Assembly: GCA_000182565.2 (NCBI GenBank)
Contig: KQ257456.1
DNA: 64,000 nt
Strand: one strand, 5' to 3'
Origin: Spizellomyces punctatus DAOM BR117
Taxonomy: Eukaryota
Shown piece after piece: positions 24,663-37,412 of the stretch. Every line of letters begins with the position of its first letter. The first letter of the stretch is position 1. A program made the translations under genes and the position numbers. The notes under the pieces are model-generated. The model was not told the origin of the DNA. It made no database searches and was given only the letters and a program-made list of their open reading frames with translations.

Positions 24663-26524
24663 ATGTATCCAGGACAATACGGCAGTCGACCGTCGCAACC
24701 ACCGCAGGGCTATCCTTACCCGCAAATTTCTCAACCGCCGCAAGGGTCATACCCTCAATATTCGCAACCACCTCAAGGCTATCCGCCTCAACCACCGCAA
24801 GGTTATCCTTATCCATCTTCTTCGCAGCCCTTCTATCGACCTCCTGGTCACCAGCCGTACTATCAACCACAGCAGCAATATGGCCCGCCGTCGTCTTATC
24901 CACCGCCAGCCCTCCCGCCACGGAATACTGAGGATCTACCACCGTACACCCCTCCTGGAACTCCCAGCTCGAATGCTCCAGCTCCTGGAATGAATGGCGC
25001 ACCCATCCCAAACTATCCTCCCCCGTCAATGCCGCCTCCACCAGCCGGACCCTACGAGTCGGTGGTGCAACACCGACCTCCACAGCCTCCCCCCCAATGG
25101 CCTCAACAGCAAGTAAACTGGGCTCAACCGCCGCAGCAATATTTTCAGCAAACTGCGGGTAACCTTTGCGAAAACGCAACGTTTCCATCGCATTCTTACT
25201 GATGTTGCATTTTTGTAAAGGGTACCTCTCCAGTTGCACGGGAAACAAAAAAGCGCTACTGGTGGGAGTAAATTACTTTGGAACCAGGAGCGAATTGAAA
25301 GGTAGGCACAACACAAACTTCTTTGATAGTTAGATGGACAATTTATTGATGACATGTACTCTCCAGGCTGCATTAATGATGTCCGGAACATGAAGAACTT
25401 TCTGATCACAAAATTTGGGTTCAGAGATACACCCGAGACAATGCTCACCTTGACAGATGACCAACGCAATTGGCATCTGCGCCCTACCCGGCAGAATATA
25501 CTCCAGGCTATGCAATGGTTGGTTCGAGGCTCTAAGGCTGGGGATTCATTGTTCTTCCATTTTAGGTATGACTGGCTGCATCCACATACTGCCGCATCAC
25601 AAAATGATTCTCAATTGTCTTGCAGCGGTCATGGATCTCAAACTCAAGATCTGGATGGTGATGAATCAGACGGAGTGGATGAGACCATTTGCCCAGAAGA
25701 CTATGCCAAAGCAGGCATGATCGTCGATGATGTAAAGATCGTCAATATTCGATCAGAAAGTACTTTGTGAGACAAAGTCATTAATCGTGAACCATCCCCG
25801 CACAGGAAATGAATATGATTTTAGTGAGGGCTTTGCCACCTGGTGTCCGTCTGACGGCCCTGTTCGGTGGGTCTCCTGTGTGCTAGTCTGTACAGGCAGT
25901 TGGCTAATCGTGCGTTTCGGCTCGAATATAGACTGTTGTCACAGGTATGCATATACGTACTTTCGTTGGCGACAGGATTTTAGCTGACTAGATGCTTGAA
26001 GTGGTTCCGCGCTTGACTTGCCTTTTATATACTTACCGGATGGACGTCTGAAGGAAAAGACTGCAGCATCGAGGTTAGGTGGGGTGGCGATGGATGTTGG
26101 ACAGGGGCTGCTCAAGGGTGGCATAATCGGTGCCGGAATGAGCTTGTTCAAAGCAGCAAGCACCTTGACAAATTCGGGCCCATCGCGAGAACAACGGGAG
26201 CAGACGAAAGGGAACCAATTTGCGGATGTGGTCATGTTCAGTGGTTGCAAAGATCGACAAACGAGTGCTGATGCACACATTGAAGGTGTGTTTTGAAATT
26301 GTTTAGATAGCGAGCAGTAATACATCATATTGACATGTTCCTCTCTAGGTGCTGACACAGGAGCCATGACATATGGCTTCACAACTGCTCTATCGCAGTA
26401 TCACTCACCCACGTATGGGCAACTGCTACAAGAGATCCGAACGATCCTCCAAAATAGGTTTACTCAGAAGCCGCAGTTGAGTAGCGCTAGATATATGGAC
26501 ATGAATCAAATATTTATCATGTAG
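24663..26524 (+). CDS. MCA1: Type I metacaspase
   Basis: P/Q/Y-rich prodomain; [28 protein letters not shown] (catalytic H), [12 protein letters not shown] (catalytic C), [19 protein letters not shown]. Confidence 0.94.
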
Positions 26525-26684
26525 GAATGTTCTGCTTCTCGGAGGAGAATACTCCCGTGAGTCTGACCTATTACCGGAGAATGCTGCGCTTTTTGGAATT
26601 TCTGTAACGACTGACGTATGGTGGATGATGCAAATACTATATTCATACATGCATGGCTCACTCCTGTATCTAACCCTACTTGGC

Positions 26685-27898
26685 TCATGCATTTGCACGG
26701 GCAGCCTTCCTGGCATCTCTTGTCTGCGCCATGAAACCAGTCTTAATGGCCGAGACAGTTCTCGTTGATCCACAGGATTCGCACTGCAGAAAGAACAGAC
26801 GATTTTCCTTTGTGAGAATGGTATCAGCGGACTTGCAGGTCTTGCATGTCACGTATTCCACTATAAGCCGCAAAGGGGTTAGTCACGATCTTGAGTGCAA
26901 CCCGATAAACTCCAATGTACGTACTGAAATAGTGCTTAAGAACGTTTTCAATCTGCTTTTGCTGGAAACGCCCCTTGATGACCAATCTTTGACTACCATC
27001 AATGGAACCGGTAGTACCCAATTCCGCAAAAAGATACTGAATGACGTGGTCGGGTTGACGATGCATTCTTGTAAAATCAAGACAAAGTCAACAATATGCT
27101 CAGGATCTAATAGTACACGTATGCAGTATACCTTTTGCAAATGTCAACGACGTTTGCAAACACCGATTTCTTTGTTCCTTCTTTCATAACTTGAGGTGGT
27201 GCAATGGTGTATCGTTTCTTATCTCCTACTAGTTCGGGGTTGTTTTGGCGCAGAATTTTGAAGACTCGGGATAATAGCTGCATAGACATTACAAATCAGC
27301 ATAATGAACCGCTATGCGCGTCCTGGGCAATCCATGCCCACCTCATTGTATGTGTAGTCACGGTTACTTCCTTGCCAAGTATCATCACCCTCCTTTTTCG
27401 CCCCGCTAGTTTCTGTTCCCTCTTCCTCTGCCCCGTCCTCTCCCGTTTGACCCTCTCTCAGCTGTGCTTCAAATTCGGCCAGATCCGGTCGCCTCTTCTT
27501 CTTCTTTTTCTTCTCTCCAAAGTCGAAGGCTTCCGACTTTGTACCTTCAGCGCCCTCCTCTTGTGCTGGTTCCTCACCCTCCAAAGTCACCTTCTTCTTC
27601 TTTTTCTTCTTTTTCAAGTCAGCAAACATATTCCCAGCGTCGTCCCCTTCTGGTACTGCATCCTCGTCACCCTCTCCTGCCTCAGCACCGTTGCTTGCTT
27701 CAGGTGCAGCAGTTTCCGTCTCAGCAGCGGCGACCTCCTCAAAGTCTGGCACGGCCTTCTTCTTCTTCTTTTTCTTCAACCCAAAGTCGAACTACATTGG
27801 CAAGTGTGTGAGAATTTGTTTGCAACAAAATAAGAACACATTCGAAGACTTACGTTCTCCGCCTCCACCTGCTCTGGTTTCTCGTCATGTAACGACAT
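26685..27898 (-). CDS. SUI3: Translation initiation factor eIF2 beta subunit
   Basis: Three poly-Lys boxes, [18 protein letters not shown]4 zinc finger YVTCKTCKS...CESCGS. Confidence 0.95.
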
Positions 27899-28288
27899 TT
27901 TTGAAAGCTAATTAGCGACAAGTAAAAGACAAATGTCGGTCAAGGAAATCAGAAATGCTTAAAAAAATCTTGTCAAAAACGATTTCCAAGAATGCCGTGG
28001 GGAAGTCCAAAAGTCGCTTTTCTGTTCCAATTCCCTTGACTGCGGTAGAGCCAGATCCAATCAGCGTTAAATGACTCATCTGATGCTATATTCTTGGATA
28101 TAATGCACTTATCCGGATGTAAACGTGGATTCGAATGTATGACACACATTCGTTGCTAAGGATGGCCAGAAGCAGTTGTCAGGTTCGAGGAAAAAACCAC
28201 TGGTTAAGACTTGGGCATTTGGCAAGTTTTGGCGGCCTGGGATCATATAGAACTTTGCACTCTTCAAAGCAGCTGCGAAGAGGTCAAT

Positions 28289-30270
28289 ATGTACCAAGAA
28301 CCATATGACGAGGTAGAGGACGCTGGCTTGTTCAGGTTGCTTGCAAGTCGCTGAGATCTCTGTATTTTTAGGATGAAGTCCGCGCCGACGAGGTCGAGCT
28401 GCCAACAGTATATGCGGGTGACGAGTATGCCGAAGAGGAAATAGGTGGGTTGGTGGGCTTACAGCAGGCTTTGCAGCGAATGCCGGGAGTCACTTTGGGA
28501 GTCACTGTGGGGACAAGGTGTGACAGCATGGCAGCTTGGCTTCATTTCTAATTTGGTTATTCCAAATAGACTATCAAACCGAAGGTCTCCCCGCTTTTGC
28601 GCCGGAAATCCAGATCCCTGAGCTTGTCCGTAACTTCATCCTTCACTTTCACCGAAATGTCACCGAGCGGAATGTCTGGGATCTCCACGCGATTTACGAA
28701 AATGGGTGGAACAAACTCACAGAAAAGTTCTATCCGAAGACCGCATGGCCAGACCCAGAGGCGATTGCCGGACTTGTGAACGATGGTGCGCACTCAAATG
28801 CTGACTGGTTTCAGATTCCATCATCCCTAAAATCTATTTTAGATCCTGTTTTCTTGATTTTGTATAAGGAGTTGTACTACCGCCACATCTACTCAAAAAT
28901 GACACCAACCATCGAAGACCGCATCGCGTCCTACAGCAACTACTGCGACCTATTTAACTACATTTTGAACTCATCGACGGAACCGAGTGATCTTGAGCTC
29001 CCTAACCAATGGCTGTGGGATATTATCGATGAATTCATCTACCAGTTTCAGTCCTTCTGCATGTACCGAAGCAAAGTGAAGAACAAGAGTGAGATCGAGA
29101 TCGAGCTTTTGAAAGAGCGACCGGACGTCTGGAACGTCCACAATGTGCTGAATGTGCTCTATTCGTTGATTCAAAAGTCGCGCATCAACGAACAGTTGCT
29201 TGTTAGCAAGAACGGAGGGGATATGCTGGAGGCGGCTGGCGATTTTGGATCCCGTCCTTTGTACAGGCTTCTCGGCTATTTCTCAATCATCGGACTCCTG
29301 CGTGTGCATTGCTTGCTAGGAGACTATGTCCTTGCCTTGAAGACCATGGAGAATGTCGAGCTCAACAAAAAGGTATTTTGGCTGGTATACTGTTAACTTC
29401 CACCTTATTGTTACTCATGCAACACCATAAAGGGTTTGTTTGCTCGTGTTACGGCGTGCCATGTCACAACCTACTACTACGTTGGATTTGCGTATATGAT
29501 GATGAGAAGATATTCGGATGCCATCAAGGCATTTGCCCATATCCTCCTCTTTGTTTCGCGAACGAAGCAGTACCACACCCGATCCTATCAGTTTGAAGCC
29601 ATTTCAAAGAAAAGCGAACAAATGTACGCTCTTCTGGCGATGTGTGTGGCCCTCTCGCCCCAACGTATTGACGAAAATGTGCACACAACGATGAGGGAAA
29701 AATACGGTGAACAGTCGATGAAGATGCAACGAGGCGAAGAGGGTCTGCCAACCTTCGAAGAGCTCTTCAACTTTGCCTGCCCCAAATTCATCTCACCGGT
29801 CCCGCCGGACTACGAAGTTGCGGTCAATGCTTCGCACGAACCAACCCGCCATCAGCAGAGGATCTTCATGGCGGAAGTCCGCACTCAACTCCTGGTGCCT
29901 ACCATCCGATCATTCCTCAAGCTCTACACTACCCTCGGAGTTGAAAAGTTGGCGGCTTTCTTAGATCTCCCCGTCGATGAAGTACGGACACAACTCTTGG
30001 TATTCAAGCACAAGACGAGACAAAGGCGTTACGAAAGCGGAAGCGTGCTTGAAGGAGATTTTGGCCCTACAACCGATTTAGACTTTTATCTCAAACAAGA
30101 TTTGATTTACATTGCGGAAAGCAAGCAAGGCCGCAGAGTGGGCGAGTGGTTTATCAGACATATTAACAAATTTGAAGGTATGTGTATTTGTTGGTGAGCA
30201 TTTGTTTATATTATTGCTAACCTCATGCTGAACAGATATCGTATCGAACATGGAGAAACGGCACGAATAA
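28289..30270 (+). CDS. EIF3L: Translation initiation factor eIF3 subunit L
   Basis: FLILYKELYYRHIYS, LELPNQWLWDIIDEFIYQFQSF, LGYFSIIGLLRVHCLLGDY, ACPKFISP, IRSFLKLYTT. Confidence 0.95.
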
Positions 30271-30383
30271 GTGATTCTGTATAAATGTAATTTTTAAAAA
30301 ATGCATACCACTATAGCACCAAGTGTCGGTCTGTATATTGTTAGTGACCGACGTGTGGGCCGTAGTATGAAAAACGGCGTGTG

Positions 30384-30983
30384 TTAATGAGCAGCGCTGA
30401 ACGCAGCTGCGAGGTGATCAAAGCGCTCTTTCGATCCTGCAGTTTCGTCGTCGGGCTAACGTAACCAAATCCGAAATAAATAAATCAATGCGACAATGGA
30501 AGAACATCCTTGCGAAGGCCTGCGCAGCGCACCTCGACCTGAACCCCAAACGACAATCGCTCTAATAGTTCCGCATTGATGGCCAATTTTCGGTGCGTTT
30601 CCTCAACGAACCACTGGTGGCTTAGCGATCAGCTCATGCTGCCCCAAGGTGTCGTTGCAGGTGTTATTTACAATGCTGATCTGACATACCTTTTTTGCTT
30701 GTGTGACTTTTTCTGCGTTCGATTGTAATGCTACTATGTCTTTTTCCAGCCTTGACATACATAGGAATTAGAATGGCACATGGCATGATCTCATACAATG
30801 CTCAAGCTACCGCTCAATAGTTCGAAGTAGTTTGGTGGGACTGGGTACATCCGCTGGTTGGCGTTGTCGAGAGGAACTACGAGCGGGTGCGGAGAACTCC
30901 GCGTCGAGCTTCCCTTCGAGAAAGGTCAAGTCCTCATCAAGTTTCTCGATGCCTCCTCGTAATGCGCGGACTACTGGTTCCAT
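30384..30983 (-). CDS. SKA2: Ska2-like small coiled-coil kinetochore protein (128 aa; exons 30983-30811, 30750-30690, 30613-30533, 30455-30384), absent from the ORF track
   Basis: Four exons join in frame via GT-AG introns: MEPVVRALRGGIEKLDEDLTFLEGKLDAEF...SPTKLLRTIERLEKDIVALQSNAEKVTQAKKWFVEETHRKLAINAELLERL...; DLxxxxxxLxxEF and PxxLL patterns and size match Ska2 as I recall it. Confidence 0.7.
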
Positions 30984-31155
30984 TGTGACAGATACATGCT
31001 GGTCGTGACATGCTGTGTGTGAATATTTACGCTACGTGTCCAGACGGTCGGACGTTGAATATGTATTGAAAGTGTATAAAAAAATGTTACAAAATAAAAT
31101 TAAGCTACCGCCCTTGCGCAATTCTCAAAGCTTTCGTCTCTTGACAGCATACTCC

Positions 31156-32800
31156 TCATCTCCTTGAATGTCTATATGTTATCCCAACTTGGTGAGATTT
31201 TGGTGTTCCACCGACCCAATTAATCGTTGAATAGCCATGCAGCTTCACCCTTCACCGTGCAGTTGCAAGCCATCTATTCGTACCCATTCGTTGCTCTGTC
31301 TCGCAGCAGCAGGCTCAGTATAATCATTTAGGCACAAAGTTCGTGTTACTGAGGTCCTACGCTCATCATCGAAGAGCGATTCGTCACTCTCGTTCACCCC
31401 GTCAGTAGAAGTAGAGTCCTCCGAATCGGCAGATCGTCGTTCCCTATCCGCTACTTCTCGCTGCACCACATCATCCAATATTTTGATTGCTTTAGGCAAG
31501 TCTTTCGCGTTCACCTATATGTTTGACATCCTCTGCTTAGCAAAGGGCGAGCCCCTTCAACCAGGAAAACGGTACACTAACCAGAATGTTGGCTGTCATA
31601 TATGTACTAAGATATAATAAATTAATGCCGCAGCTGGACAACGGATCGGCCATAGAGTAGACAATCCCGTATCGGTCCAACCCATAATCAGTCAGATCAA
31701 CTTGAATGCATTTCAGAGGTTTTGGTGTCGTGCTCATATTCAAAAAGTGCTCCGGAAACTCCGCAAGGACTTGGTCGTCAGCCACAATTGAGATACCCTC
31801 CTCAGTTGCAGTGTAGCTGAAGAATCTTTCAGTGCCTCCAGCAGATTGCTCTACGTTTTCTGCGTGTGGTATCAGGTCAGGGTAGAATATGATCCGAATC
31901 AATTTTATCGCCCACGCATCTACATATTCTCGGTTAAGGCCAACCAGCCGAAGGGTATATCGTGGGATGATTTTTCGAGCCAAGAATTTGCCATTGTTCA
32001 GATCATTGAAACAAGCATCCGCTCGAGTTGGTGATGACGAAACAGAGTCCGCAGGGGGACTTGCTGCCACCTCGTCATTTGCAGGCGTCGTGCCATTAAA
32101 TCCGTAGCTCGGGGTGGAAGGGGCTGTGACACTTGGGGTGGATGGTGGAGAGTGATCAAAATGGAAAGATTCGAGGTCCATGAAGTCAAAGTCACTGGCT
32201 TGAAGGGTGGAGATAACGAGGGACATCCGTCGTTCTTTTACCTGCAGGAAGGCAGTTCAGTGATTTATATCTTCAGCACCGATTTCCCACGCACGTGGCA
32301 GAAGGGAATGGCGTGATCAGCGACTTCCTTGTTGGGCACTCACAAAGACGAAATCTGTCTGATAAGTTGATAAATAGAAGATGCTGACTCCCGCCTTCGC
32401 CAGAGGAGCCGATATTTCGTTGATTCGCTTCGCAGAGTTGTCTAGCCCTGTGTCGCTGTCGATTTGTAGTGCCCGAAAAGGATCTGGGCAAATGACCAGT
32501 CCGGGGCAAATGGCTGGAGTGGGGAAATCGTTGGCGGCTGTTTCGACATCTGCAACAATAGAAACTTCAAGAGAGTTCTCGGTATAGGAGAAGAAAGTAT
32601 CCTTTCTAAGGCGAAAGTGTCGCAGCTTGGTCAGTCCTACAGTAGATCATTGGCAAAACCCATGACCCTTCTTGAACAGAAGGTAGAATTCTCTACCTTC
32701 GAAAGTACAGATTCTTGACCATGGCATGCATGACGCATGACAGAGATTCTTTTGGCAGAGTCAGCAGCGTCAGCCGCATTGGGAGAATTGTAATGCTCAT
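31156..32800 (-). CDS. CASTOR/GATS-like tandem ACT-domain protein (3' end uncertain, 31156 or 31245)
   Basis: Two repeats of FFSYT...SIVAD and I..PL..AG.SI/NL.YLSTY.T..(F/I)(V/L)V typical of CASTOR ACT_7 modules. Confidence 0.82.
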
Positions 32801-33792
32801 GTTGGTGCCACGTTTCAGTTGACCACAATGATGCTCTTCAAAAGCCAGCTAGCCCCCTCGATATAGTTGAGAAAGAGGCGATCCTTCATCAGCTAGGAAC
32901 TCAGCTGCTGTGCTTCCCCGGTCGCCCTTTGTCCGTCCTGCTTCACCGATCTTGGTGGGGAAGGAATCCCAAGGTCGGGGGGACGCTTTGATGGAACACG
33001 CGTTGATGTGGCTTGGCATAAGTGATGAGATAAGGAAGACCGAGAGATATCGGCTTGGGGCGAAGGTGCAGCACAAAAGATTCCATTTCACCGCCCTTTT
33101 GTACGTGCGATGGGGCCTGTGGTAAAGAGTTGAAAACCGTTCAGCCAAAACAGCCAAGGGGAACGCTTCGACAGCAATGCAATTGGATAGGGGTTGGCTG
33201 GCCGACCCGAGGAATATGGGCACATGGTTGTGACGCTGACAGCATATATCGTATTGTTGGCCAACTAAAGAGAGGGTTCATTTCGGCTCCAGTGCTGTCG
33301 TGCATTGGCCAAAGCAAAGTACATGCAACGATTTGAACACCTTGGAAGGGACCCAACAGAGTATCCAGAATAAGCAAGCATCCAGCCGTGAAACTTCTTG
33401 CCGAGATACATCCATTCTCTTATCAGTTAGCATCCATAATTTATCAGAGACGGGCCCTATGTATGTCGCAATGATGTTTGAGCCATGCTCTGCAGGTTTG
33501 CATTGCTTGCGTCGTCGTCTCAAGCAAAGTAGGGGAGCTAGACCCACGGGTCACAAAGCGAGAAAAAGTGGAAGGAACTACATGTTGGATACAAGTTATA
33601 TCCTATTTTGACAATCACTCTTTCGCCATCGACTATACAAATTCCAAACCCATTGTGGGAAGCTGTATGATGAACATGCAGCAAGGAATGCTCTTCTCCG
33701 TTCCTTTGGTATGCTGAAAGGATGTGACGTGAAAGGTGGGCGATGAGTCATCCGTCCGTCTGCCGCGTTCAGAGGGTCGCATTTCGCAATAG

Positions 33793-33826
33793 CCATCCAT
33801 CCATCCCATACATCCATCCATCCATC
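33793..33826. repeat. Imperfect (CCAT)n microsatellite just upstream of the RanBP1 start
   Basis: ccatccatccatcccatacatccatccatccatcc. Confidence 0.75.
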
Positions 33827-33871
33827 CGCAGCCAGCCCGTCGATAGACACAATATCAGTTATTAGCAGTTA

Positions 33872-34914
33872 TGGCGGACCAAGAAAACCAACCCACCGTT
33901 GAGAAGAAGGTAGGAAAAATTCGCCAGAGATCCGGTTGGGGATGGTACATGTGGATCATGGACGATGGCCGTACGAAGATTGCGTCCCTATGACATGGCG
34001 CGTGGCAGCGGGACGGGGATCGTGCCAGTATCGACGTACTGCTGCAACTGGCTACTGGCTGCATGAGACTGCCACGAGATCCGGGTTTATTTGGACGTGT
34101 TGCTCATAGCCTTCTTGTACTGTTAGGAAGAAGGTCAAGAGGGGGGAGAGGAAGAAGTTGCGCCCTCTACCGATGTGCACTTTGAGCCTGTTGTGAAATT
34201 GGAGCAGCTGGAGGAGATCAAGACTCTTGAGGAAGATGAGGAAACAACTTTTAAAATGTGAGTTGAGAGCAGCGTGGTGGGGAGCATAGCTTTGAGCTTA
34301 TACACAGAATTGAAGTTGCCTACTTTGGTTTGGGTGAAAATATTCTTAGCATGCTTCCTTTTATTTAGGCGGTCAAAGCTCTTCCGTTTTGATAAAGCTG
34401 GCAATGAGTGGAAGGAGCGCGGTACGGGTGACGTGAAATTGTTGAAGCACAAGGAGAGCGGGAAGATCCGCATTCTCATGCGCCGCGAAAAGACCCATAA
34501 GATTTGTGCCAATCACTATAGTGAGTTAGACTGTCATCTCGCAAAATGAATGGCCGGGTCAAACATTTTGCTAACCGCAAGGTGTCGCCAGTCACCCCAG
34601 AGATGGAACTCAAGTCAAATGTCGGGTCAGATCGCTCATGGGTATGGAGTACTCTCGCGGACGTGTCGGAGGGAGAGCCGTCCCATGAGCTGCTGGCCAT
34701 CCGGTTCGCCAACTCTGAAAGTAAGTTTTGACCTCACTGGCTCCTTTTTATATTTGCACTGGTTGACAGTGAATTTCTTTCAGACGCGAACAAGTTCAAG
34801 GAAGCATTTGAGGAGGCGCAAAAGATCAATGCCAGTCTAAAAGACGGGAGACCAAAGGAAGAGAAAGCCGAGGAGAAGAAGGAGGAGGAAAAGGAAGACG
34901 AGAAGTCGGCGTAA
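33872..34914 (+). CDS. YRB1: Ran-binding protein 1
   Basis: [69 protein letters not shown]. Confidence 0.95.
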
Positions 34915-35300
34915 TTGTCCAGCATTAGTTTTAGATGAAAGAATACTCCTGAAGCGGCCGGTTAAGGATCGGCCGGTTGTATTATAAAAGCTCCTGCATC
35001 CCTCGTCCCCCAATACACCCCTCTTGATCATTTAGATATTGTCGTCTATGAGGATGTCGTTCATGGTTATGAACTCTTGGCCAGCCAGATGTGAAGCGTT
35101 GGAAATTCCGCTCATTGTTGTGTAGCGCAGAAAGCTCTGATCGCTTCGCGCGAACGTCCTACGCGAGCGCACAACTGCCATGGGCCAATACTCGGTGCGC
35201 TGTAAGGGCCATGCAGCCCGGATACCACAGCAATCAAATTGATACACTGTATATTTGTCTTTCACTAGTCTATCTCTATACGCAACGCATCAGAACCCAT

Positions 35301-36122
35301 CTAGGTATCTCCTCTACCCTTAAACGCATACTGCGGATTCCTCGTCCCAGTCAAGCGCCACTGCGCGACATCCAGCTTATTAACAGCCGGTCGTCCGGCT
35401 AATCTTTCCCATGCCACAATCATAGTATCAATATCGCCCTTTTTCATTCCAGGCCAATTGAAAGCATCGACGATGCGGAGAATGAATTTGCGCGAGGGAT
35501 TGGCGGGGTCAATCACTTCTACTTCGAGGCCGCACCATTCCTTCCCATACTTTTCCCAAAGGGTTGTTTCAGTCGCATTGTTAACGTTCCAGTGCGGCTT
35601 CGTGCCTTCGCTCATTACCCCGAAGTCCTGGAACAAAAGGTGAGCTGCGAGTTTGGTTGGAAGCAGGCAAGAAAGATAGCTTACGGGGGCGAACCCTAAG
35701 GTGTAGTATTTGGGTCGTTTGCGCGGAAATAGGAAGCCGGGTTTGGGTTCCGGCAAATCCTGGTGCTGTGGTCGGGCTTGAAGTAGTTGTAGAGGTTTTG
35801 CTCGTTGAGGTTCTGGCGGTGGAAGTCGTCGTGGCGTTGGTGGTTGAAATTTTCGAATTCGAGGTGATCCGAGATGTTGATGTTGTTGTGATGCGTGTGA
35901 TCGCACTCGTCCTACTGCTCGTGGAGGTCCAGCAATTTCCAAAGTTGAGCTGACAACCGGCAGCGCAGTGGTCAGCGCTCGTTCCGCACCAACCCCACCT
36001 TGAGCAACAAAAGCCCGGACGGGCATGTAGCTTTATTTAGTTGAACATTGGCCGTTGATGGATACCGCCGGCGCCCCACATGCTAAGACTGCAAATGATA
36101 GCGTTGCCAGCAGATACGTCGT
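35301..36122 (-). pseudogene. Frameshifted gene for a secreted hevein/CBM18 chitin-binding domain, Thr/Ser linker and RlpA/expansin-like double-psi barrel protein
   Basis: Signal-peptide-like segment begins with ACG, not ATG; NGQC..ATCPSG and FCCSRWGWCGTSADHCAAGCQLNFGNC lie in different frames (shifts near 36040 and 36014, TAA at 36033-36035); Thr-rich linker; WCGLEVEV...IVDA...IDTM C-terminal domain in another frame. Confidence 0.7.
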
Positions 36123-37412
36123 ATCGCTTCTCTTTTCCGACGGCCACAAAGACCTGGGCCCAGCACAGCGAAGGCGTTCTGCCGTCACGGCGTGAGAGAC
36201 CCTCTGCTGTTTGAACGCGTTTTCGCGTTGCCTCACGCGCGGAGCTTACGTAACCACATCCTGTTCAGCTTACGCAGTGGGACGTTTTGGGTCACCTTTC
36301 GGCCCTCATCGAGGACCAACCTTTGACGACCTGGACGTACGATAGCTTTTTGTCCGCCCTGGCCTCTGATTGCAATGCATCGTTCCAAGGTCTCGCAACG
36401 CCGTTGCACCAAAATTGCGCGCGAAGGCTAACAATGAGACATTCTTGAGCCAGCGCCGGGGAGTAATCGAGGCGTTGCTGGGAAGTTACCAAGAGGAGGC
36501 AGTCCTGGATCTCGATACTGGTTTGGGGAGACGCTGCGGAGGCAATGTTTCTGTCGCTTGGTCAGAAATAGTGTTATGGTGCGGATAGGTGGTGGATGGC
36601 AGGTAAACAAACGAGTACTTTTGGATTACTTTTCATAAGCATTGTACTGAGTCTTTCTCTCGCACAGGAACTCAACATTTTCTTAACCGAACACACACAT
36701 CTTGAACACCGAATTCCAACAGCGCGATCCTTTTCCACAGGGGGAGATAAACGGGCAACTCGTTTACGACTCTGAAAGAATGGAGTTGGATATTGGGAGT
36801 TATTTAGGGGTTATTGGGAAGGTATTGGGATGGTTTGGGTATAGATTTTATACGGGGGTACGGCAATTGGGATGGAAGCGGTGGGTGGGGTGGTATGGGG
36901 ACCAAGTCGGAGAAGAGATATTCCGAACGGGACTTGGACGGCATAACGATTATATTCAGGATGGGACACGGTCTTGGCGTTAGAAGTTCTTCCTGTCGAT
37001 TACGCTACTGGAATATATTGTTGTGTGATAAAAGATTGTTTTAAGGGTTATCATATATCTTTCATTCATCCATTCATCTATCTGTCTGTGGTTTCTTGCA
37101 TTTCCTCGAGGTTTTCCTCAGTTACCTAAATCTGCCGGTGTCACCTCTCGGTCTTGAAGCTGAGCGAGAACACACCAGACAACCGGAATCGGCTGAACCG
37201 CTAGTAGGTCTGTTCAGATATTTCCTCAAAAAGCGCCAAAAAACTCGAAAAGGCGATTCTTGGCACTTTGTGGTGCGGATATTGACGCTAGTATATACTT
37301 TCCTTCAAGAGTTTTGATTCCCGCACTTTGGCCACTCACAAATATTATTATACCAGTAATATCCAATGAAAGATCAAAAATGTAAACAGTTCCCTAATCC
37401 TCTTTCACCCCA

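Noticed and set aside
24568-25469. Long alternative-frame and antisense ORFs over the metacaspase prodomain (similar ones over eIF2beta, EF-G, Dss1 and Erg10)
   Set aside because: Shadow ORFs caused by low-complexity or biased codon usage of the real gene
32849-33850. Cluster of overlapping 60-124 aa ORFs between the CASTOR-like gene and YRB1
   Set aside because: No domain signal or consistent exon chain; treated as divergent promoter/UTR DNA
36236-37330. Short ORFs that might be a transposon or viral relic
   Set aside because: No transposase, RT or capsid motif and no terminal repeats recognisable; needs TBLASTX
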